Below are positions 7,616-14,463 of a DNA stretch of 20,488 nucleotides, in pieces (the first letter of the stretch is position 1; each line of letters opens with the position of its first letter). A model generated the notes under the pieces. That model had not been told where the DNA came from, did no database searches, and saw only the letters and a list, made by a program, of their open reading frames with translations. The translations under genes and the position numbers were made by a program. The stretch comes from Nitrososphaerota archaeon (lineage in GTDB: Archaea > Thermoproteota > Nitrososphaeria > Nitrososphaerales > UBA57), in contig PAVW01000006.1 in the NCBI GenBank assembly GCA_002713205.1, positions 78,670 to 99,157 of the forward strand, read 5' to 3'.

Positions 7616-8571
7616 AAGTCCATGTATATAGGTGTGCCACGTTTAGCAGAAAATAATGCAGCTTCTGCTATTTTAATAGTATTCAATCCGTCCAGGCCAG
7701 TAACTACAGGAGAAGTATTAGATTCAACTGCATGAATAAAGCTTGTCAATTCATTTACCAATGGCTCTTCGTGTTTACGAGTAGGGATAGTAACAGAAGT
7801 ACCGTCATCTTGTCTAATTTCTTGTGACATATAATCTCCTGATAAATTACCACCTGTGCAAGTAACAGATATTCTTCGAACTTTATATGGAGTAATCCAA
7901 TTAGCAATTATTATAGCAGTTTTTCCGTTTTTAAACCCAAGAATTATAGTAGCAAAATCCTCATAATCAGTACCAACAAATCCAGAAGCTTTAGGATTTA
8001 AGACATTGCCAGTTCGTGCAAATACTACAGTGGGTTCTTCATTAAATAACCATCTAGCTCCATCAATGTCATGAACAGAAGAATCCAGAATAACACCTAT
8101 ATCTTTTGTAACACCAGCCCATCGATTTTCGCGTTGAAATTCTATCAATAGAGGATCTCCAAAAGTTTGTTTCTGAAGATTTTCCTTAATATTAATGATA
8201 ATAGGATTAAATCTCTCTACAAAACCAACAGTAAGAACAGCTTTGTTATCACGAGCGAGGTTAACTAATTCTTCACCTTGGGAGGACGAATAAGTAAGTG
8301 GTTTTTCCACTAATGTAGATATTCCATTAGATAACATAGTTTTAGCAATTTCGAAGTGTGTAATTGTTGGAGTACAGATATTTACAATATCAACGTCGTG
8401 ATCATTAATAAGATCATTAATATTAGAAAAACCCTTTATCGAATATTTTTTTTCATAAAATGTCCTACGTTCATTATCCATTTCAACAAACGAATCAAGA
8501 TGACCTAAATCATTTAATACGCGAAGATGATGTTTTCCCCAAGAACCAGTTCCAATAACTGCAACTTTCAT
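7612..8571 (-). CDS. Gfo/Idh/MocA family NAD(P)-dependent oxidoreductase (WbpB/WlbA-like sugar-nucleotide dehydrogenase candidate)
   Basis: 319 aa. It has the N-terminal Rossmann segment MKVAVIGTGSWGKHH and the EKPL motif (TLVEKPLT). The C-terminal alpha/beta domain is typical of the family. Confidence 0.9.
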   Translation of the reverse strand: MKVAVIGTGSWGKHHLRVLNDLGHLDSFVEMDNERRTFYEKKYSIKGFSNINDLINDHDVDIVNICTPTITHFEIAKTMLSNGISTLVEKPLTYSSSQGEELVNLARDNKAVLTVGFVERFNPIIINIKENLQKQTFGDPLLIEFQRENRWAGVTKDIGVILDSSVHDIDGARWLFNEEPTVVFARTGNVLNPKASGFVGTDYEDFATIILGFKNGKTAIIIANWITPYKVRRISVTCTGGNLSGDYMSQEIRQDDGTSVTIPTRKHEEPLVNELTSFIHAVESNTSPVVTGLDGLNTIKIAEAALFSAKRGTPIYMDL

Positions 8572-8598
8572 TTAATTACCTGCCAGATAAATTCATCA

Positions 8599-9759
8599 TT
8601 ATCTATCACAAATTGTATTTGCATGAAGTAGATATATATCATCTTGTTTTTTAGCATTAATAATATCTAATTGTTGAAGATCTTGATTTGAACAAATAAT
8701 TAATAATTGTTTTTTTTCACTCGATGGTAAAGAAATAACACGTTTTGGATTGTTAGAAAGATAATCATTAAGATCAATTACATTTCCAACTAAATCAGTA
8801 ATTTTATTTAAAATAGCATCATGAAGTAATATCTTATCACCACGTATTTCGAATTTATCTATTTCCCAAGAAAGATATATCTCAGTTCGACTCGCTTTTA
8901 ATTGATTTTCTTTCATAAAAGATTTTAATTCAGTTATAAAAAATCGAGAATAGTATTCAATCCCTTTTAATATTCCAGATAGAATATACAAAAGTGGTTC
9001 ACCTGAGTCTAAGGAAGATGAAAAACATTTAACATCATATAATTCATCTGATAAATCATCAATATACTTTACACCACGTGATGAACTTTCTAAATCTTTA
9101 CGAGAAATAAAATCCTTAATGTATTTCATTGATTCAGAACTAGATATTATAGCGGAATATTTTGAAGAGATGTATTCTAAATGTTTTAATTCAGATAAAT
9201 AAAGATCGGATATTTGAGAATATTTAATATTAGTGTTTTTTAAATGTTCATTAGCAATTTTTATCTGATCCAATCTAGAAATACCTACGCAGAGAGCACT
9301 AGTTGTTCGTGGTTTTAATGGAACGTAACAATAGACAAAATCTTTTTGAGAATCTAGACCGCTATTTCTTTCCAATATTTCAATTAATTCGTTATTGTGT
9401 CCATATCCAATAGGCACACAAGAAAAAATAATTGAATCTTTTTCAATTCCTTTAGATAAATCAGAAAAGGATGACAGAGTCTGATTTAGATTATCATAGT
9501 TATGAATTTTAGGTGTGAAAAAGATAATTTTGTTCTTAGAAACAACATCTTTTTCTGGTTTAATTCGAAATAACGATTCTGCCTCTATGAATTCCGTAGC
9601 AGTGGGATAATTAGTAATTATATCATGAGTTATTTCAGTAGCTAGATGCAATTTTTCATCAATTATAATCGTGGGAATTGAATTAGACACTAGAGAAGAT
9701 GCAATCATATATCCTTCGGTACTTAAGCCGTAAATCAATACAGATTCGTTATCAGACAT
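8599..9759 (-). CDS. Hypothetical protein with an N-terminal Rossmann-like beta-alpha-beta; possibly a very divergent UDP-glucose/GDP-mannose-dehydrogenase-family member
   Basis: The ORF track extends to a GTG at 9831. I prefer ATG 9759 (MSDNESVLIYGLSTEGYMIASSLV...IIIDEK) because AT-rich TATA-like sequence lies 25-30 nt upstream of it. It shows GxSxxG instead of GxGxxG and an acidic residue at the end of beta2. Its length (386 aa) and segments such as IIFFTPK..., IIFSCVPIGYG and DFVYCYVPLKPR parallel nucleotide-sugar dehydrogenases. The glycine-rich catalytic loop is not recognisable. Confidence 0.7.
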   Translation of the reverse strand: MSDNESVLIYGLSTEGYMIASSLVSNSIPTIIIDEKLHLATEITHDIITNYPTATEFIEAESLFRIKPEKDVVSKNKIIFFTPKIHNYDNLNQTLSSFSDLSKGIEKDSIIFSCVPIGYGHNNELIEILERNSGLDSQKDFVYCYVPLKPRTTSALCVGISRLDQIKIANEHLKNTNIKYSQISDLYLSELKHLEYISSKYSAIISSSESMKYIKDFISRKDLESSSRGVKYIDDLSDELYDVKCFSSSLDSGEPLLYILSGILKGIEYYSRFFITELKSFMKENQLKASRTEIYLSWEIDKFEIRGDKILLHDAILNKITDLVGNVIDLNDYLSNNPKRVISLPSSEKKQLLIICSNQDLQQLDIINAKKQDDIYLLHANTICDR

Positions 9760-9876
9760 TACATACACTAATTCCTTTATAGTAATAAAATAATTCTTAT
9801 CATTAATATAATGTATAATCAGTAATTTCACAAGAAAAGATTATATCATGTAATATATGTAAATCATAGTTAGTAT

Positions 9877-10965
9877 ATGAAAATCTGGATAGATATGTTA
9901 ACACCTAAACAGGTATTATTTTTTGAACCGGTAATTAAAGCATTAAAAGAACGAGGTGATGAAATCGTAGTAACATCACGCCATTATAGAGAAGCAGAAT
10001 TAATGATCAGAAAGAGACAAATTAAGGCAGAATTCGTAGGAGCGCATGGTGGTAAAAATCTAGTATCAAAATTAAGTGCTAGTTTAGATAGAACTGAAAA
10101 ACTAACAGAACTTTTTAAAGATGACTTGCCAGATGCAGTTGTTTCATTTAGCTCACCTGAAGCAGGTAGAGTAGCTTTTGGATTAGGTATAATTAATGTT
10201 TGTGTTAGTGACTCTCCTCATGCAACTGCTGTTTCACGATTAACAATTCCATTAGCAGATTGTTTATTAAGTCCATGGATAATTCCTGATAAAGCATGGA
10301 CTCAATTTGGGATTGATAGAAATAAAATTCAACAGTACAAAGCAATTGATCCTTATGTATGGCTTTCAAGAAGAGATTTAAAAAATAATTCAAATTCAGC
10401 ATTGAATATAGATCATGATAAACCTACAATAGTACTTAGATTAGAAGAGAGTCATGCGTCATATATGCTAAATTCTGAATATACACAAGAATTTGCATTA
10501 ATAAAAAGAGTTGTCGAAGAATTTAGAAATCACAACATAATAATACTATGTAGATATTCCGAGCAAATAGATTTAGTATTGCAAAAATTCAAAGGGCGTG
10601 TCATAGTTCCAACAGATCTAGTTGATGGAGTAAAAGTATTGCAAGAAGCAAAATTGTTTATTGGGTTAGGCGGTACAATGACTGCAGAAGCAGCTTTAGT
10701 AGGTACACCGTCTATATCATTCTTTAGTGGGAGTTTTTTCGTTGAGAGATATTTAATCTCCAAAGGTCTTCTTACTAAACCTAGAGATATAGATGGAGTG
10801 ATCAGAGTATCAAGAAATTTTTTGAGAGATGATAAACTTAAGAAGCAAATGAGAATAAAAGCAGGGAGAATAAGATCAGGAATGGAAGACCCTGTAGATA
10901 CGATAATAAAAAGACTCGATATTCTAATGAGAGAAAAACTTAATCAACAACTTGTACGAAAATGA
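9877..10965 (+). CDS. DUF354 family protein (archaeal GT-B / UDP-GlcNAc-2-epimerase-like fold candidate)
   Basis: 362 aa. The N-terminus MKIWIDMLTPKQVLFFEPVIKALKERGDEIVVTSRHY...GAHGG matches my memory of the DUF354 N-terminal signature (MKIWIDI..P..V.FF...I..L...GHEV..T.R). It is transcribed divergently from the sugar-modification operon and ends in a double stop, TGA TAA. Confidence 0.75.
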   Translation: MKIWIDMLTPKQVLFFEPVIKALKERGDEIVVTSRHYREAELMIRKRQIKAEFVGAHGGKNLVSKLSASLDRTEKLTELFKDDLPDAVVSFSSPEAGRVAFGLGIINVCVSDSPHATAVSRLTIPLADCLLSPWIIPDKAWTQFGIDRNKIQQYKAIDPYVWLSRRDLKNNSNSALNIDHDKPTIVLRLEESHASYMLNSEYTQEFALIKRVVEEFRNHNIIILCRYSEQIDLVLQKFKGRVIVPTDLVDGVKVLQEAKLFIGLGGTMTAEAALVGTPSISFFSGSFFVERYLISKGLLTKPRDIDGVIRVSRNFLRDDKLKKQMRIKAGRIRSGMEDPVDTIIKRLDILMREKLNQQLVRK

Positions 10966-10987
10966 TAATGAGCCCGGAGCCCGGTGG

Positions 10988-11008
10988 AGGATTTACATAT
11001 CCATCGAA
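10988..11008 (+). other. tRNA intron 1 (21 nt, between tRNA positions 10 and 11)
   Basis: BHB motif. The central 4-bp helix is 10982-10985 (CGGT) with 11003-11006 (ATCG). The 3-nt bulges are GGA (10986-10988) and AAT (11007-11009). The inner helix is GGAT 10989-10992 with ATCC 10999-11002. Confidence 0.65.
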
Positions 11009-11023
11009 TGTAGCGGTCAAGCA

Positions 11024-11042
11024 AGGGTCTTTACCTCTTGAT
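11024..11042 (+). other. tRNA intron 2 (19 nt, between tRNA positions 24 and 25)
   Basis: BHB motif. The outer helix is 11014-11017 (CGGT) with 11044-11047 (ATCG). The central helix is CAAG 11018-11021 with CTTG 11037-11040. The bulges are CAA (11022-11024) and ATT (11041-11043). The inner helix is GGG 11025-11027 with CCT 11034-11036. Confidence 0.65.
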
Positions 11043-11055
11043 TATCGGCCTTTGG

Positions 11056-11066
11056 AATATGAAGAA
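11056..11066 (+). other. tRNA intron 3 (11 nt, canonical 37/38 position)
   Basis: Bulge-helix-loop motif. Anticodon-loop nucleotides CTTT (11050-11053) pair with GAAG (11061-11064). A 3-nt AAA bulge (11065-11067) abuts the anticodon stem. Symmetric cleavage leaves the loop CTTTGG|A. Confidence 0.7.
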
Positions 11067-11101
11067 AGCCGGTGACGGCAGTTCGAATCTGCCCCGGGCT
11101 A

Positions 11102-12394
11102 TTATTCAAAAATTTTTGCAGATAAGTAAGTTGTATGGACATCAGTAACTTTTACGTTGTAAATATTACCTAGAATAACATCAGAAGTTTTTAAAACAAT
11201 AGGTTTGTAAGCAAAATTTCGACCAATCATTGTACCTTCAATTTTACCTTTTTCATTTACGAGGCATTGACCAGTCCAATTCAACCATTTTTGATTTTGA
11301 TTCAAAGAAATGTCTTTAATTATCATTGATAATAATTTTGAACGTTGGTTAATTATATCATTAGGAACTTGTTCCATTTCAATAGCTTTTGTTCCAGGTC
11401 TTGCTCCATATTTTGAAAGATTAACAACATCAGGTTTTGTACATTTAAGAAGATCAATTGTATCTTGAAATTCTTCATCTGATTCGGTGGGGTATCCAAC
11501 TATTATATCAGTTGCTAGTGACGAAAGAGGAAATTTTTTACGAAAATTAGAGGACATAGCCTTGAAATCTTCAATTGAATGTCCTCGTAGCATTGATTTT
11601 AGTACACGATTATTACCAGATTGAACAGGAATGTGTAAAAATTTATAAATTTTTTCATCGGCAAACGCGTCAAACAATTTATTAAATTTGTTTTTTGTGT
11701 GCATGGGATTCATCATTCCAACACGAACAAAAAAACTATTTGGAATTTTTATAATCATTTCAAGAAGATCTGCAAGATCCATCATCATATCCATTCCATA
11801 ACAACCATTATCTGTAGATGTTAACCAAATTTCATTACAGCTAGTATTAGTTGAATCAGTAATTTGTTTAATAATAGCATCAGGAGGATAACTTACAAGA
11901 GTGCCTTTTGCAATTTTCACTTGGCAAAATGTACAAGAACTCAGACAACCAGTTCCAATTTCCACTATATCAATGACAGGATTTATACGAACTTTTGGCA
12001 ATAATACTTTAGGTTTATTTGATGTTGAAAGTTCTATAACTCTGTTTCCTTGAAGTGTAGAGTTAACAATGTCAGTAATTTTATCAATAGAATCAGGTCC
12101 CATCATACTAGCATTTGGATTAAGCTTTTTAATTTCGTTAGTTTGTGTTTTTGGCATACATCCTGCAACAACTAATGGAGAATTAGTTTCAGAGAGTTTC
12201 TTTATACGATGAGTCATACGATTCGCAGTTGCAGTTTTTACAGTACAAGTAACAATAATGTTTACATCAGACTCTCTAGGATTGTCAACAATTGAATATC
12301 CAGCTTGAGTTAATTGTCCTGCACAAATTTCAGAGTCAGAATAACTTGCACTACATCCATATGTTTCGATATATACAGTATGCTTTTTTTTCAA
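11102..12394 (-). CDS. Radical-SAM methylthiotransferase, MiaB-like archaeal/eukaryal type (CDKAL1/e-MtaB, ms2t6A37 synthase candidate)
   Basis: 430 aa with a TTG start (no upstream in-frame ATG; TAG six codons upstream). It has the UPF0004 N-domain VYIETYGCSASYSDSE, the radical-SAM CxxxCxxC (GCLSSCTFCQ) and a C-terminal TRAM-like domain (NIYNVKVTDVHTTYLSAKI). Its stop codon (11102-11104) touches the 3' end of the tRNA. Confidence 0.9.
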   Translation of the reverse strand: MKKKHTVYIETYGCSASYSDSEICAGQLTQAGYSIVDNPRESDVNIIVTCTVKTATANRMTHRIKKLSETNSPLVVAGCMPKTQTNEIKKLNPNASMMGPDSIDKITDIVNSTLQGNRVIELSTSNKPKVLLPKVRINPVIDIVEIGTGCLSSCTFCQVKIAKGTLVSYPPDAIIKQITDSTNTSCNEIWLTSTDNGCYGMDMMMDLADLLEMIIKIPNSFFVRVGMMNPMHTKNKFNKLFDAFADEKIYKFLHIPVQSGNNRVLKSMLRGHSIEDFKAMSSNFRKKFPLSSLATDIIVGYPTESDEEFQDTIDLLKCTKPDVVNLSKYGARPGTKAIEMEQVPNDIINQRSKLLSMIIKDISLNQNQKWLNWTGQCLVNEKGKIEGTMIGRNFAYKPIVLKTSDVILGNIYNVKVTDVHTTYLSAKIFE

Positions 12395-12440
12395 ATTTAA
12401 TACAATATACTAATTTAGAAGCTAGAATATTTTTCTTTTG

Positions 12441-13274
12441 TTAAATAATTAATAATAGAGTAAAAATTGAGAGGAAAATAGGGATTGGAATGCCAGGAAA
12501 TAGGTCAAATTTTCTCAAGAAATAAAGTGTAAGATGAATTCCAATAGATATAACAAAAATAATAACAAATGCTACAAATAAATCAGATAAAAGTAATGCA
12601 ACAGAAGGAATCATTGAATAGAAAATAAGATCCCCTAAACCTATGGTTACATTTTTTATATTAACAACCATTGGATTTAGATTAAAATTATTTTGAGATT
12701 CATTAATTAATGATTTCAGAGGTCCACGAAATACAGTGTATATATCATACAAACCAAAAAACACAGGTATAACCAAAACAGTTGGAGGTTTAATAAATAA
12801 TGAAAGAGATGTACCATATAAAGAGGCTAAGATAAAAGCTGTCAACATAGTGTAAATATTTTTGGAAGGAAATATGAAAGACAACATACCAAGAATACTT
12901 AATATTGTAGAGAATAGAAAAATAATATTCGAACTTACAACGTTGTAGAAAATTAAATTAAAAATTATATAACTAGTAAGAAATGTACCAATTCCAATTG
13001 AAAGAATCATTAATATTTTTAAAATTAATAATTTTCTAAATTTAATCAGCATAAGCATAATTGTAGTCATAGTAAAAGTGAATATAATTAAAATAAAGGA
13101 ATTCAATATTGAACCACTGGTTGATTGTCCAGCTGGTTCATAAGAAGGCAATAATGTATAAAATTCAATAGCTTGTGATGTAAGAATTAATGAAGTGATT
13201 TGTATAAAAATGACAAATGCAGATAAAAAAATAGAATCAAGAAAAGTTATTTGACTTTGCTTATTAGATGACAT
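12441..13274 (-). CDS. Presenilin/signal-peptide-peptidase homolog (GxGD intramembrane aspartyl protease, A22 family, DUF1119-like)
   Basis: 277 aa with about 9 TM helices. The catalytic motifs are in the expected order: GLYDIYTVF (YD), IGLGDLIFYS (GxGD) and a C-terminal FPGIPIP in place of PAL(P). Confidence 0.75.
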   Translation of the reverse strand: MSSNKQSQITFLDSIFLSAFVIFIQITSLILTSQAIEFYTLLPSYEPAGQSTSGSILNSFILIIFTFTMTTIMLMLIKFRKLLILKILMILSIGIGTFLTSYIIFNLIFYNVVSSNIIFLFSTILSILGMLSFIFPSKNIYTMLTAFILASLYGTSLSLFIKPPTVLVIPVFFGLYDIYTVFRGPLKSLINESQNNFNLNPMVVNIKNVTIGLGDLIFYSMIPSVALLLSDLFVAFVIIFVISIGIHLTLYFLRKFDLFPGIPIPIFLSIFTLLLII

Positions 13275-13297
13275 TTAATTCAATAAATAAAATCAAG

Positions 13298-13723
13298 TTA
13301 TTTTACTATTAAGTTACCACGATGTTTTGAATGACCTTCACCGCAGAATACATTACAAAAAAATTCAAATATTCCAACATTATTCGCAATAAAAGTGATT
13401 TCGACAGTTTCGCCAGGTGTTACAAAAGCATAGATGTTGTATTCTTCCAGAGCAAATCCATGAGATACATCAGTACTTGTAATTTTCAAGGTTACAGATT
13501 GACCTTGTTTGACCTGAATTTCAGAAGGTTTGAATTCCCATTGTTTTGAAGAAAGGTCTATAACAACATCAGAGGATTCTTTTTGTAGACAATTTCCAAA
13601 TATGTCTCTTGCAGTGACACATGATTCGTCTGGGGTGTTGTTACCTTTTACAATTGCTCCAAATACAATAAATGTAATTATCGCTGCAATTACTATCCCA
13701 GTTATCTTAACCTTGTTATTCAT
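13298..13723 (-). CDS. Membrane-anchored cupredoxin-domain protein with CuA-like (COX2-like) ligand set
   Basis: 141 aa with an N-terminal TM helix. VTLKITSTDVSHGFAL...PGETVEITFIANNVGIFEFFCNVFCGEGHSKHRGNLIV is collinear with the COX2 CuA domain (S.DV.HsF...PG...CsE.CG..H..M). The pattern seen here is H...C-x3-C-x3-H-x2-H. Its ATG shares one nucleotide with the upstream TAA (TAATG at 13721-13725). Confidence 0.8.
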   Translation of the reverse strand: MNNKVKITGIVIAAIITFIVFGAIVKGNNTPDESCVTARDIFGNCLQKESSDVVIDLSSKQWEFKPSEIQVKQGQSVTLKITSTDVSHGFALEEYNIYAFVTPGETVEITFIANNVGIFEFFCNVFCGEGHSKHRGNLIVK

Positions 13724-14451
13724 TATAAAGAATGAAGCAAGCCAGTAATATAAATTAAAAGAAAACCAAGCAACATAAACAGGAAATGATAATTCTTTTG
13801 ATTTGGTGTTGTTTTAATGTAAGCATTCCAATTAACTATTAAAAACATAAGTCCACCAGAACTTATTGCAAAAAATATTGAACTTATAATTCCAGGAAAA
13901 TTATATGTGCCTAAAAAATAACCAACAATAATAGGAAAAGAAGCAATAGTTGCGAACGATAATAATTGACTAATTGATAAAAGAAAGAAACCCGGAATTA
14001 TAAAACCCTCTGCAATTTTATGACTTAAAAAGGAAAATAGTTGAATACTCCTCTCAACTGAAATATATAATCCTAATTGATTTAGATCATAACCAATTAT
14101 TAGACCTTCGGCAAGACTATGATATGCTATTGTAAAGGAAATAATAAATACATAAGAAAAAGATGATTTTAATCGAGTAAATTCATTAATAAAATAAGAT
14201 GATAGAAATCCAAAGATAAAACTAGAAACTAGTAATAAAGAAGAAATGTTAAAACCGGAGTTTATACCCAATTGTGATGAGTTTATAACAAAATCGAGAA
14301 AAAAAGCAATAACTATACCAAATGTAAAGCTTTGAGAATAAATCCTTCGATTTGGAGATTGATTAACAAATATTCGAATTAATAATCCAAAAGTAATTGG
14401 GATAATACCGAGGAAGAAAAAAACTACGAGTGGAGAAACGGCAGAAAGCAT
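13723..14451 (-). CDS. ZIP (ZupT-like) family divalent-metal permease, divergent
   Basis: 242 aa with about 8 TM helices. The paired signature helices AYHSLAEGLIIG and LSHKIAEGFIIPG, about 30 residues apart, correspond to ZupT LHNFPEG and LHNIPEG. Confidence 0.75.
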   Translation of the reverse strand: MLSAVSPLVVFFFLGIIPITFGLLIRIFVNQSPNRRIYSQSFTFGIVIAFFLDFVINSSQLGINSGFNISSLLLVSSFIFGFLSSYFINEFTRLKSSFSYVFIISFTIAYHSLAEGLIIGYDLNQLGLYISVERSIQLFSFLSHKIAEGFIIPGFFLLSISQLLSFATIASFPIIVGYFLGTYNFPGIISSIFFAISSGGLMFLIVNWNAYIKTTPNQKNYHFLFMLLGFLLIYITGLLHSL

Positions 14452-14463
14452 TATTGTTATTTA

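Larger units (their letters stand above)
10978..11101 (+). tRNA. tRNA-Gln: tRNA-Gln (anticodon UUG) with three introns. Exons: 10978-10987, 11009-11023, 11043-11055, 11067-11101. The mature RNA is 73 nt and no CCA is encoded.
   Basis: The T arm GGCAG-TTCGAAT-CTGCC and the acceptor AGCCCGG/CCGGGCT plus discriminator A are visible directly. Removing three BHB-flanked inserts gives AGCCCGGTGGTGTAGCGGTCAAGCATATCGGCCTTTGGAGCCGGTGACGGCAGTTCGAATCTGCCCCGGGCTA. This folds as a full cloverleaf with U8, a GTGT/GCAT D stem, D loop AGCGGTCAA, anticodon stem TCGGC/GCCGG and loop CTTTGGA. A1:U72 and the AGCCCGGUGGUGUAG 5' end are typical of archaeal tRNA-Gln. Confidence 0.8.

Noticed and set aside
7605-7620. 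C-box-like ATGATGA (minus strand) here and at 17401-17410, considered as possible C/D-box sRNA signatures
   Set aside because: Both arise from stop/start codon junctions (TGA...ATG ATG). There is no properly spaced D box, terminal stem or intergenic space.
9760-9831. GTG start at 9831 (adds MKLLIIHYINDKNYFITIKELVYV) and GTG start at 15859 for aIF5A
   Set aside because: The extensions are not family-like. ATG 9759 and ATG 15865 have better TATA spacing, and the aIF5A N-terminus MSKP... is the conventional one. The 9831 start cannot be fully excluded.
10205-10763. ORFs 10205..10402 (-) and 10530..10763 (-)
   Set aside because: They are antisense to the DUF354 CDS, have no motifs, and have no promoter space.
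10987-11037. Alternative tRNA model using GAGG (10987-10990) / CCTC (11034-11037) as the D stem
   Set aside because: It leaves an unexplained 6-7 nt (TGATTA) between the D stem and the anticodon stem. It also needs inserts without BHB geometry. The three-BHB model gives an exact 73-nt cloverleaf.
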